From the NCBI GenBank assembly GCA_016218805.1, contig JACRCW010000110.1, positions 1-36,425 of the forward strand: a stretch of DNA of 36,425 nt, written 5' to 3'. Positions 18,711-27,724 of the stretch are shown piece after piece. The position numbers and the translations under genes were made by a program. Within the stretch, counting starts at the first letter, position 1. Each line of letters opens with the position of its first letter. Under the pieces are notes generated by a model. The model was not told the origin of the DNA, did no database searches, and saw only the letters and a program-made list of their open reading frames with translations. The DNA is from Deltaproteobacteria bacterium (GTDB lineage Bacteria; Myxococcota; JACRCW01).

Positions 18711-19346
18711 ATGGCGCCCCGACGAAAAACTCCTGCCAAGCCGCTGCCCAGATTCGACCCTGAGCCGTCGTTGAGGTTCGCCGTCAAGGTCCTCAACGAC
18801 GTAGGGGCGGAGTATGCGCTCATTGGAAGGGTCGCCATGTGGCACTGGCTGGATGATCCAGGCGATCATGAATACACCAAGGACGTCGATTTCGCCGTCG
18901 GCCGCGACGTTACGCCCGCCGTGGTGGAGCGACTGCGTTCATCCGCGGACGCGACCGTCCGACTGCTCCCAATCGGCGGGGTGAATGCACGGATCGACAG
19001 CAGTGGGATTCGTGCGGATTTTGTCGACCGCTCCAGTGAAGAATACGGGGACCTCAACCCTCTGTACGTAGACGCGATTCATGCCGCCAATCTCTCCGAA
19101 GATCGCGCGTCTGGAGTTCCTGTCGCCTCACCTGAGCACCTTGTTGCCATGAAGATCGGCGCGGGAACAGAGAAGGACGACCGCGACGCCATCCGTCTGA
19201 TTGCCAAGATCGAGGACCTCGACGTGGACAAGGTTCGGGAACTCATCAAGAAGCACCTCGGGCCGGGAACTGTCGGCCGCCTTGACGAGTGCATGCGGCG
19301 CGCGGGACACCCCAAGGCACGGCGCGCCTACAGCGCCGGGTCCTGA
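18711..19346 (+). CDS. Nucleotidyltransferase-fold protein (AbiEii/DUF6036-like), probably horizontally acquired
   Basis: YALIGRVAM..YTKDVDFAV (G-x..DxD) and VASPEHLVAMK..GTEKDDRD. Atypical codon usage and many TCGA sites. Confidence 0.7.
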   Translation: MAPRRKTPAKPLPRFDPEPSLRFAVKVLNDVGAEYALIGRVAMWHWLDDPGDHEYTKDVDFAVGRDVTPAVVERLRSSADATVRLLPIGGVNARIDSSGIRADFVDRSSEEYGDLNPLYVDAIHAANLSEDRASGVPVASPEHLVAMKIGAGTEKDDRDAIRLIAKIEDLDVDKVRELIKKHLGPGTVGRLDECMRRAGHPKARRAYSAGS

Positions 19347-19356
19347 CCAACCGTCC

Positions 19357-21693
19357 TCACGACGACGACGGCGGGTTCTCCTCGTCAATGCGCCGCATGG
19401 CTTCCAGCAGCAGGAAGGTGGTGGACACCTTGATGACGCGCGGGTCCTTGGGCTTGCCGTAGTGGATGCGGAACAGACCCTGCCGCTGGCGGGCCATCTC
19501 GTAGAACGCGTCTTCGCCCTGCTTCCCGGCAAACTGCGCGTTGATCACCTCGCCCTCCATGAAGCTCACCGAACCTTCGCCCTTGTCTTGGAACATCAGG
19601 GTCACAATGGCAGTCTTCCGGCCCAGCTCCAGGGACTGCACAATTTCCGGCAGCCCCATCTGTGACAGGCTCCCAATGACGCCGGTGGGCTCCGCGCGCG
19701 GCGCGGGGGTGGCGGCGGATTCGCGTGCGGCCTCCGCGTTGCGCCGCTGTGCCTCCGCCTCCTCCATGCTCTTCACCATGGCCTGGTACTTCTGCAGCGC
19801 GCGGCGCAGTTTCCCCACCAGCAGCTCCACGTTGAGCGGCTTGGCCAGAAAGTCATCCGCGCCCAGTTCCATGGCCTTGGACGTCTGCCGCTCGTCGGCG
19901 CGCGCGGAGATGATGAAGAACGGTACCTCGCGCGTGGCGTCACGCGCGCGCACGCCCAACAACAGGTTGAAGCCGTCCACGCGCGGCAGCGCCGCTTCGC
20001 TGATGATCGCCGCGGGCACCTCGCGCTCAATGGCGGCGCGCGCCTGGTTGCCATCCGTGACGTGGAGCACGCGCAGGTCCTCGCCCTTGAGGCGCTGGCT
20101 CAGCGTGTTGGCAATGGCCGCGTCGGGTTCGCACACCAGCACCAGGGGGTTGCCCGGGATGGGCGCGCGCGGCGGGGCCACGGCGCGCATGGCGGGCGGC
20201 GGCGGGGCCGCGGCGGGGGGTGGCTCGTCGTCAACGTGGATGATCAGCGGGTCGGTCCGCTCGGTGGCGCTGGCCGGCGGCGGGAATTCGCGCGGGTAGA
20301 GGGTCCGCAACAGCTCCTCCAGCGCCGTGCGCCGGGCGATCAGGAGCTTCACCCCGGAAGCGCCCACCAGCAGCTGCGCCTGCCGGACACTGGCCTGGTC
20401 AAACGGATCCTCCACGGCAATGGTCACGTGGCCGGTGGCCGCGTCGTACTGCACGGGCATCAGGCGCTTCTGCACCGCCAGGGCGGGCGGCATGGTGGCC
20501 GTCAGCAGGTCCCCGGGACGGGCGCGGCGGATGTCGTCATCAGATGCGCGCGGGTGGCCGGAGAGCTGCGCCAGGGCATCCGCCAGCGCGGCGTCATCAA
20601 TGAGGTGGTCCTCCAGCAGCAGGGCACCCAGCCGGCCGCCGGAGGTCTTCTGGCGGCCCAGGGCGGCATCCAGCTGCACCTGGCTGACCAGCCCGCGTTG
20701 CAGCAACACCTCGCCCAGGCGCGGGGGCTTCTTGGGCGCGGTGAAGATCCCGGACACCGGCCGGGGCACGTTGAACAGGCCACCGCCGGGAGCGGGCAGG
20801 TCCGCCATGCCGGGCAGGGCGGGCGCGGCGGGGGTGGCGGCGGGCACCGGTGAGGGCGAGGGCCGGCGCGCCGCGGGGGGGCCCTCCGCCGGCGGGGAGC
20901 TGTCCAGCAGGCGGCGGACAAAGTTGCCCACCTCCTCCGGGCTGGCCACGCTCACCTGCGCGCTGCGCGCGGTCGCAAGCATGGCGTCACGCAACTCCAG
21001 CGCGGTGTGGTGCCGGGTGGCGCCGCCCAGGCCCATGGCCGCCGTCAGCAGGGCGGCAAACGCCGGCGGGATGGGCGCGCCGGGGACGGTGGACTCGACG
21101 GCGGACTTGCGGGGCGCCAGCAGGTCATACAGCAGAGCGCAGGCGCCGCTGAGGTCAAACTTCAGGGGTGACGCCACCCCCGGCTGGGGTCCGCGCGGCG
21201 TCTCCACCCCCAGCACCAGCCCGCGCCCGGTGTCATCCACCATGACGTGATCCGGCCCCACCTCGCCGTGGGTGAGCCAGGGTTCCAGGTTCCCCGGCCG
21301 GCGGTGTCCGTGTGCGGCGTGCAGTCCGGCCAGCACGTCCAGCACGGCGCGCACCGCCACCCCGTGCGTCACCGGGCGGCGCTGGGCGCGGGCGCGCTCC
21401 ACCAGTTCGCCCAGGGTGAGGGCGCGCAGCCGGGGCCGGACCACCACCAGCTGCGGGCCCACCCGCCCCACGTCCAGCACCTGCAGGATGTGGGGGCTGG
21501 CCACCTCCACCAGCGCGCGCGCTCGCTCCGCCAGTGCGTTGGCAAACGCGTCATCCACGCTGGTGTACAGCTTGACCACCAGCGGCCCGGGCAGCGCGCC
21601 GTCCGTGCGCTCAGCGGCGTACACGCGCGACACGGCGGTCTCATGCAGGAGCCCCTGCAACCGGTACGGGCCGATGTCCGTGGGGTGGCTCAT
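19357..21693 (-). CDS. Multidomain signalling protein: degenerate Ser/Thr kinase + MshEN/GSPII-E N-terminal domain + atypical receiver + DUF4388
   Basis: IGPYRL..LVVKL..HILQVLDVG kinase-like N-terminus; tandem RLG..LL..G MshEN motifs; TIAVEDPFD; receiver LP.VDGF..ISAR..GADDFLAKP; C-terminal GSLSQMGLPEIVQSLELGRKT..GEDAFY..LLLEAMRRIDE. Confidence 0.85.
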   Translation of the reverse strand: MSHPTDIGPYRLQGLLHETAVSRVYAAERTDGALPGPLVVKLYTSVDDAFANALAERARALVEVASPHILQVLDVGRVGPQLVVVRPRLRALTLGELVERARAQRRPVTHGVAVRAVLDVLAGLHAAHGHRRPGNLEPWLTHGEVGPDHVMVDDTGRGLVLGVETPRGPQPGVASPLKFDLSGACALLYDLLAPRKSAVESTVPGAPIPPAFAALLTAAMGLGGATRHHTALELRDAMLATARSAQVSVASPEEVGNFVRRLLDSSPPAEGPPAARRPSPSPVPAATPAAPALPGMADLPAPGGGLFNVPRPVSGIFTAPKKPPRLGEVLLQRGLVSQVQLDAALGRQKTSGGRLGALLLEDHLIDDAALADALAQLSGHPRASDDDIRRARPGDLLTATMPPALAVQKRLMPVQYDAATGHVTIAVEDPFDQASVRQAQLLVGASGVKLLIARRTALEELLRTLYPREFPPPASATERTDPLIIHVDDEPPPAAAPPPPAMRAVAPPRAPIPGNPLVLVCEPDAAIANTLSQRLKGEDLRVLHVTDGNQARAAIEREVPAAIISEAALPRVDGFNLLLGVRARDATREVPFFIISARADERQTSKAMELGADDFLAKPLNVELLVGKLRRALQKYQAMVKSMEEAEAQRRNAEAARESAATPAPRAEPTGVIGSLSQMGLPEIVQSLELGRKTAIVTLMFQDKGEGSVSFMEGEVINAQFAGKQGEDAFYEMARQRQGLFRIHYGKPKDPRVIKVSTTFLLLEAMRRIDEENPPSSS

Positions 21694-21759
21694 GGTCAGC
21701 AGCGCGGGGCGCGCCGCTGGATTAGCCCGCGGGCGCGTCCGGGGGCAAACCGCGGAGGC

Positions 21760-21996
21760 TCACGGACCCAGGCGCGTCCGGACGGTCTGCAGCAGCGTTT
21801 CCAGCGTGCGGAAGGACTGCGCCGTGACATCCTCCGGCCGCAGGCGCAGCGGCAGGCGGGTTTCCAGCAGGTCCACCAGGGCCACCACGCCCAGCGAGTC
21901 CAGCTGCAGGGGGCTGCCGGGCGGCGGCAGGGCGCGGCCGCCTTCGGCCAGCACTTCGGCCACGGCGGAGCGGACCAGGTCGTCGACGCCGGGCAC
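21760..21996 (-). CDS. Acyl carrier protein-like (78 aa)
   Basis: LQLDSLGVVALVDLLE (phosphopantetheine-accepting DSL) and EDVTAQSFRTL. Probable GTG start at 21996, just after the upstream stop. Confidence 0.7.
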   Translation of the reverse strand: MPGVDDLVRSAVAEVLAEGGRALPPPGSPLQLDSLGVVALVDLLETRLPLRLRPEDVTAQSFRTLETLLQTVRTRLGP

Positions 21997-22003
21997 GCCG
22001 CCG

Positions 22004-23449
22004 TCAGTTGGCGCGCTCGGGGCGCATTTCCACCCGGTCACCGGGCAGGATCTCGCTGTTGCTCATGGTGATGATGCCCGTGCTCACGCCGTCCTTGGCG
22101 TCCAGCACCACCACCTTGCCCACAATTTCCTCGGGCCCGCTGCGGCTGTCATGGGTGAACGGGTCCTCGTCGCGCAGGATCACAAACGTGTTGCCCGGCT
22201 CCACCCCGTCGCCCTTGCCCTTGTCCAGGAACACCAGGTGGTACTCGCCCAGGTAGCGGGCGCGGTCCTCAAACGTCTCCGCCACCACGCCCTTGACGGC
22301 GCGCGTGTTGGGCTTGGGCTCCACGCCCGGCGCCCAGTCCACCCACGGCGTCAACTTGTCACCGCGCTCAATGATCCCGTAGGCCTCCGTGATCTGGCCC
22401 ATGGCCTTGCCGCCGCTGGCCTCACGCACCTCCACAATGCCCACCACTTCAATCATGACGCCCAGCGTGGAACCGGACTTGGGGTGCTTCACGTCGCGCC
22501 CGGCGCGGAAGACGAGGAATTTGTCCCCTTCCTTGGGGCTGCCCTTGGCGGAAAGGACCACCTGGTCGTAGCGGGTCAGCCAGCGGCCGTCCTCGGTGGC
22601 CTGGGTGATCTCGCCGGCCTTCTCCAGTTCCTTCTTGCTGATGAAGTTGACCAGGCGCTGGCTGTAGCCGGTCTGTTTGAGCAGCTTCTCAAACTGTTTG
22701 CTCACATTGCCCGCGTCAAACAGGTCCTCCTTGCGGATCTCGGCCCGCCCGCCGCCTTCGCTCTCGGGCGCGGAGTACGAGTCATCGGCGTACTCGCCGC
22801 CCTCGCCGCCTTCGCGGCCGGGCGCGCTCACGCCGCCCTCCCCGCCCTCGCCCCCTTCGCCACCCTCGCCGCCTTCCGCGGAGGGTGCGGACGCTGCCTG
22901 CTCGCCGCCCTCCCCGCCGCCTTCGCCGCCGCCTTCACCACCTTCGCCCGCCGCCTGGGCGCCTTCGCCGCCCTCCTGGCCTTCACCGCCGGCGTAGAAC
23001 CGGATCACGTTGCCCGGGTAGATCCAGTGGGCGTTTTCAATCTGCGGGTTGATGGACCAGATCTTGGGCCAGTAAAACGGGTTCTGCAGGAAGCGCTCGC
23101 ACAGGTCCCACAGCGTGTCGCCGGGCTGGACGGTGTAGGCCTCAGGGGCCACGCCGCCGCCCTCGCCGCCTTCCTCGGCCGCCGCCTGGTCCGCGGCCGC
23201 CGTCGTGTCGTCGGCCGCGCCACCCTTGCCCTTCTTGCCCTTGCGCGGGGCGCCGCCCTCGTCAGCCGCGCCGCCAAACCCGTCATCACCGCCGGCCTGG
23301 CTGCCCGCCGTCTGGGCCCGGTCATCCGCCGCCGCTTCTGACGCCGCCGCGTTGTCCCGCGCGCGCTGCACGGCCGGCGCCTGCGCCAGGACCGCGTTGG
23401 CCACCATCAGCCCGCCGACAACCACCGTCACGTTGCGCATCACCCGCAT
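22004..23449 (-). CDS. tsaP: LysM + FlgT-C-like periplasmic protein, TsaP-like (type IV pilus secretin-associated)
   Basis: Signal peptide. [42 protein letters not shown] is the LysM signature of TsaP-like proteins. C-terminal [34 protein letters not shown]-rich linkers. Confidence 0.7.
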   Translation of the reverse strand: MRVMRNVTVVVGGLMVANAVLAQAPAVQRARDNAAASEAAADDRAQTAGSQAGGDDGFGGAADEGGAPRKGKKGKGGAADDTTAAADQAAAEEGGEGGGVAPEAYTVQPGDTLWDLCERFLQNPFYWPKIWSINPQIENAHWIYPGNVIRFYAGGEGQEGGEGAQAAGEGGEGGGEGGGEGGEQAASAPSAEGGEGGEGGEGGEGGVSAPGREGGEGGEYADDSYSAPESEGGGRAEIRKEDLFDAGNVSKQFEKLLKQTGYSQRLVNFISKKELEKAGEITQATEDGRWLTRYDQVVLSAKGSPKEGDKFLVFRAGRDVKHPKSGSTLGVMIEVVGIVEVREASGGKAMGQITEAYGIIERGDKLTPWVDWAPGVEPKPNTRAVKGVVAETFEDRARYLGEYHLVFLDKGKGDGVEPGNTFVILRDEDPFTHDSRSGPEEIVGKVVVLDAKDGVSTGIITMSNSEILPGDRVEMRPERAN

Positions 23450-23567
23450 GGGTCACTCCCGCAAGGGCTTCCAACGTCCGGACAGACTCCGGGCGAGGAT
23501 TTCTCCGTGGACCATAGGCAGCCCGTGGCCGAACTCCAAGAAAACGTCCCCCGGCCGGATCTGCGCT

Positions 23568-24464
23568 TCACGGCTGGCTCAGCCGCGCCAGGCCTTCCCG
23601 CGCGGGCCGGGCTGCTTCGGCCTGCGGGTACATCTCCACCACCTGCGTCAGCATGGCGCGCGCGGATTCCTTGTCGCCCAGGCGCTGGTAGGCCTCCGCC
23701 AGCTGGAACAGCGCGTCCGGCACCTTGTCACTCTTGGGATAGCGCACGGGCACCTTCTGCAGCTCGTTGACGGCCAGCGCCATCTCGCCCTGCGCCAGGT
23801 AACAGACACCCGTCCAGTAGATGGAGTTGTCCGCCAGCGGATGGTCCGCCCAGCGGTCCGCCACGTCTTCAAACCCGCGCGCGGCCTCGGCGTAGCGGTG
23901 CGCCTTGTAGTGCCGCATGGCCAGGTCGTACTGCGTCTTGGGGTCGGTGCGGGCCACCACCTCCTCTTCGCGCGCCGCCAGCGCGCCGCCCGGTGCGGCG
24001 GCGGCGGGGCCCCGGCTGGCGGCCAGCACCTGGTGATCCACGCCCACCTTCAGGTCGTCCCCGTCGTCATCGGGCTCCGGCGGGGGGGCGTCGGCGTCGG
24101 TCACCACCGCGGGGCCCTCCGGCGGGGGGCTTTCCGCGGGTGGGGCGCGGCCGGGGCGGGGCCCCACTTTCACCACGCCCAGGCTGGGACGGTGCAGGGC
24201 CACCGGCCCGCCCTCGTTGGGCCGCGTTGCGGTGCCGGGCACACCGCGTGACAGGCGGTCCGCCATCAGGGCCAGGCGGGCGTCCATGTCGGACAGGCGG
24301 CGTTCCAGCGCGGCCTGGCGTTCGCGCTGCTCCCGCAGGTCCCGCTTGAGGGCGTCCACGTCTTCGCGCCGGGCGGCGCTGGACGTGCCGCACCCGCACA
24401 GCCACGTCGCCACCACCACCGCCACCCACACCGGGCGACCCGCGCGCCCCACTTCCCTGAGCAT
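23568..24464 (-). CDS. ybgF: YbgF/CpoB-like TPR lipoprotein
   Basis: AGGAGG RBS then ATG 24464; lipobox (WLCGC); coiled coil; TPRs HPLADNSIYWTG..YPKSDKVPDALFQLA..VVEMYP. Confidence 0.75.
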   Translation of the reverse strand: MLREVGRAGRPVWVAVVVATWLCGCGTSSAARREDVDALKRDLREQRERQAALERRLSDMDARLALMADRLSRGVPGTATRPNEGGPVALHRPSLGVVKVGPRPGRAPPAESPPPEGPAVVTDADAPPPEPDDDGDDLKVGVDHQVLAASRGPAAAAPGGALAAREEEVVARTDPKTQYDLAMRHYKAHRYAEAARGFEDVADRWADHPLADNSIYWTGVCYLAQGEMALAVNELQKVPVRYPKSDKVPDALFQLAEAYQRLGDKESARAMLTQVVEMYPQAEAARPAREGLARLSQP

Positions 24465-24628
24465 GCTTCCTCCTGCTGGAGCCTTCCGGCGCAGGCTAGC
24501 GGCGCGTGTGGGGCGCCTCAAGAAAACGGCCGCTGCCCACCCACACCGTTGTAGGACAGGCCGGCCGCCGCCTAGCGTGCGAGCGCCGTGCCGCGCGTTG
24601 GCGCGGCGCCTCAAGAGGTGGACTCCCC

Positions 24629-27490
24629 GTGAGCACCCCGCTGCGTTCCGGTGACCGTGAACCGCTGCTGAGCCGCCTGTTCAAGATCCGGCCGCAGGAG
24701 GCGCAGCGCGTGCTGCTGCTGTTTGCCTACCTGCTGTCCGCGGTGGGCGCGTTCATCATGGGCCGCAACGCGCGGGACACGCTGTTCCTGTCCCACTTCA
24801 GCCGTGACGTGCTGGTCTACATGTACATCTCCCAGGCCGTGGTGGTGGCGCTGCCCGCGTGGGGCTACGCGCGCTTCACCAACCATTTCCGGCGGGACCG
24901 CCTGCTCATTGGGACGCTGCTGGCATTCATGGTCACCGCGCTGATGTGGTGGGCGCTCATCCAGACGGGTCAGGGCTGGGTCTACATCGGGCTGTACAAC
25001 TGGGTGGAACTGGTGGGCGCGCTGCTGATGATCCAGTTCTGGACGTTTGCCGGGGACGTGTTCAGCAGCCGCGAAGCCAAGCGCATCTTCCCGTTCATCG
25101 GCGGCGGCGGCGTGCTGGCCAACATCCTCATCGGCGGCATGATCATCGCCGTGGTGAAGGCGGTTGGCGTGGAGACGCTGCTGCTGCTGATGGTGGCACT
25201 GATGACCATCTGCCTGGCGTGCGTGCTCAAGCTGGGCAAGATTGAGAACACGCGGCTGGAGGAACAGGCGCGGGACCGGCGCCGCGCGGATGACAAGAAA
25301 GTGCGCGTGGCCACCGAAGCGCAGGGCATCTTCCAGTCCAACCACCTCAAGATCATCGCCATGATGACCTGCATCACGATGATCGCGGTGCAGTTTGTGG
25401 ACTTCCAGTTCAAGTCCGTCACGCGTGAGACCTTCCGCGGCGAAGAGTTGGCCGCGTTCTACGGCTACTTCACGGTGGCCACCGGGGTGATTGCCGCGGC
25501 GGCGCAGTTTGGGCTGTCCGCGCGGGTGCTGGAGAACTACGGCGTGGTGGCCGCGCTGGCCGTGCTGCCGGCCAGCCTGCTGCTGGGCAACGGCTGGGTG
25601 GTCATTGCCGGCGGGACGCTGTGGGCGGCCACCTTCACCCAGGGCGCGCAGACCAGCTTCCGCTACTCCATTTACGACGCCACCATGCAGGTGCTGTACA
25701 CGCCGGTGCCGGCCAACGTGCGGGGCCGGGCCAAGAACTTCATTGACGGCATCCTCAAGCCCGCGTCCATTGGCGGCGCGGGCATCATCATGTGGCTGCT
25801 GGGCAACAAGCTGGGGCTCGCGGTGGGCGCCATGGCGTGGGTGGGGTTGGCGCTGGTCATTGTGTGGCTGGGGCTGGTGCTGTCCATCAAGCGCGAATAC
25901 GTGCGTGAACTGATGTCCACGCTGCGCCAGCGGCGGCTGCACTTTGACCAGTCCAAGCTGACCATCACGGACCCGGGCATGGTGGCGCTGCTGCGCACCG
26001 CGCTGGAGGGGCCGGACCCGCGCGCGGTCCGCAACGCGCTGGAACTGGTGCCGCGCGTCACCGGCGAGAGCATGGCGCACAGCGTGATGGCCCTGCTGCA
26101 GCACCCGGCGGCGGACATCCGCGCGCGGGCGCTGACGCTGTTGGGGGAGACGGGCACGGCGGCGGGCGCGCAGGGCATCCTCAACGCGTTCCAGGACGGG
26201 GATGAATCCGTGCGCGCCGCGGCGGTGCGCGCCTACTGCCTGCTGGGGCGCGAACGCGCGATTGGCACGGTGGGCCCGCTGCTGGAGGACACGCAGGCCG
26301 CGGTGCGCGCGGCGGCGGTGGCGGGGATGATTGCCCACGGCGGGCTGGACGGGATTCTGCGGGCGGCCCTGCCGCTGAAACACATGCTGGAGAGCGAATC
26401 CGCCGTGGTGCGCGAGCAGGCCGCCCGCGTGCTGATGGAAATCCGCGTCCGCAACTTCTACCAGCCGGTGTTGCAGTTGCTGCGGGATGCTTCGCCGCGG
26501 GTGCAGCAGGCCGCGCTGGCCGCCGCCGGCGAAATGCAGAGCCCGGAGCTGGTGCCCGCGCTGGTCTACAAGCTGGGGAGCCGCGAGACCGCGCTGGCGG
26601 CGGGGCGCGCGTTGGCCCGCTACGGCGAGCACGTGCTGGACGTGCTGGGCAAGGTCCTGTCCCATCCCAACGAGGACCTGGCCATCCGGCGGCAGGTGCC
26701 GCGCATCCTGGCCCAGGTGGGCGGGCGGCACGCGCTGGACCTGCTGCTGGCGCACCTGGAGGTGAGCGATCCGGGCTTGCGCCGCGAGGTGGCCCGCGCC
26801 GCGGTACGCGTGCGTGACCGCCTGGGCGCGACGACGGTGGCGCCCGAACCGGTGGAGGCCATCATTGCGCGCGAGGTGGAGGGCACCTTCCAGCTGCTGG
26901 CCGCCCTGGAGGACCTGGGCCCGCGGCCCACGGGACCCGCGCTGTTGCATGACTCGCTGGAGGAGCGCGTGGCGTGGGCCAAGGACCGCATCTTCCGCCT
27001 GCTGGCCATCATCCATCCTTCGCGCACGGTGGACATGATCTTTGGCAACCTGACTTCACCGTCGCAGAACGTGCGGGCCAACGCGGTGGAGGTGCTGGAC
27101 AACCTGTGCAGCAAGACCGTCAAGCGCGTGTTGGTCCCGCTGGTGGAGGAGACTCCGCCGGACGCCAAGCTGCGCGCGGGTGCGCAGCTGTTCCGGCTGG
27201 AGCGCAAGGGCCTGGAGGCCTGGCTGCAGGACCTGATGACCGGCGCGGACCCCTGGCTGCGCGTGTGCGCCGTGCATGAAGCCGGTGAACGCCGCCTCAC
27301 CTCGCTGGAGGCGGACGTGGAAGCGCGTCTGCGCGATGACGATTCGGTGGTGCGCGAGGCCGCGGTGCAGGCGCTGGCGCGGCTGGTGACGCGGGACCGC
27401 CTCCGCTCCGCGCTGGGCGCGCTGCAGGACGAACGCGTGGACCGCGTGCGGCGGTTCGCCCAGCACGTGACGGCGCAGCCGGCGGCGTGA
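24629..27490 (+). CDS. NTT/TLC-family (Npt1/Npt2-like) MFS transporter fused to HEAT repeats
   Basis: Start GTG 24629. ARDTLFL, QFWTFAGDVFSSREAKRIFPFIGGG, VDFQF, YSI..LYTPVP..RGRAKNFIDG, followed by HEAT repeats (VRAAAV, VRANAVEVLDN, DDDSVVREAA). Confidence 0.85.
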   Translation: MSTPLRSGDREPLLSRLFKIRPQEAQRVLLLFAYLLSAVGAFIMGRNARDTLFLSHFSRDVLVYMYISQAVVVALPAWGYARFTNHFRRDRLLIGTLLAFMVTALMWWALIQTGQGWVYIGLYNWVELVGALLMIQFWTFAGDVFSSREAKRIFPFIGGGGVLANILIGGMIIAVVKAVGVETLLLLMVALMTICLACVLKLGKIENTRLEEQARDRRRADDKKVRVATEAQGIFQSNHLKIIAMMTCITMIAVQFVDFQFKSVTRETFRGEELAAFYGYFTVATGVIAAAAQFGLSARVLENYGVVAALAVLPASLLLGNGWVVIAGGTLWAATFTQGAQTSFRYSIYDATMQVLYTPVPANVRGRAKNFIDGILKPASIGGAGIIMWLLGNKLGLAVGAMAWVGLALVIVWLGLVLSIKREYVRELMSTLRQRRLHFDQSKLTITDPGMVALLRTALEGPDPRAVRNALELVPRVTGESMAHSVMALLQHPAADIRARALTLLGETGTAAGAQGILNAFQDGDESVRAAAVRAYCLLGRERAIGTVGPLLEDTQAAVRAAAVAGMIAHGGLDGILRAALPLKHMLESESAVVREQAARVLMEIRVRNFYQPVLQLLRDASPRVQQAALAAAGEMQSPELVPALVYKLGSRETALAAGRALARYGEHVLDVLGKVLSHPNEDLAIRRQVPRILAQVGGRHALDLLLAHLEVSDPGLRREVARAAVRVRDRLGATTVAPEPVEAIIAREVEGTFQLLAALEDLGPRPTGPALLHDSLEERVAWAKDRIFRLLAIIHPSRTVDMIFGNLTSPSQNVRANAVEVLDNLCSKTVKRVLVPLVEETPPDAKLRAGAQLFRLERKGLEAWLQDLMTGADPWLRVCAVHEAGERRLTSLEADVEARLRDDDSVVREAAVQALARLVTRDRLRSALGALQDERVDRVRRFAQHVTAQPAA

Positions 27491-27498
27491 ACCACGCC

Positions 27499-27698
27499 GG
27501 GGGGACTCCGGAACGGCGCGGGGGAACTCCGGAACGGCGCGGGGGGAGCCGGAACAGCGCGGGGGAACTCCGGAACGGCGCGGGGGAACTCCGGAACGGC
27601 GCGGGGGGACTCCGGAACAGCGCGGGGGGACTCCGGAACAGCGCGGGGGGACTCCGGAACAGCGCGGGGGAGCTCCAGAACAGCGCGGGGGGCGCTCC
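27499..27698. repeat. 21-bp tandem repeat, 9 copies plus a partial, between convergent genes
   Basis: Consensus GGGGG(G/A)ACTCCGGAAC(A/G)GCGC; starts at 27499, 27520, 27541 (20 bp), 27561, 27582, 27603, 27624, 27645, 27666 and 27687 (partial). Confidence 0.95.
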
Positions 27699-27724
27699 CC
27701 ACCCCAATCCGGGCCGGCGGCGGC

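Noticed and set aside
21272..27016. Long antisense ORFs 21272-23341(+) and 24611-27016(-)
   Set aside because: Shadows of the tsaP-like and NTT-HEAT genes with no independent motifs.
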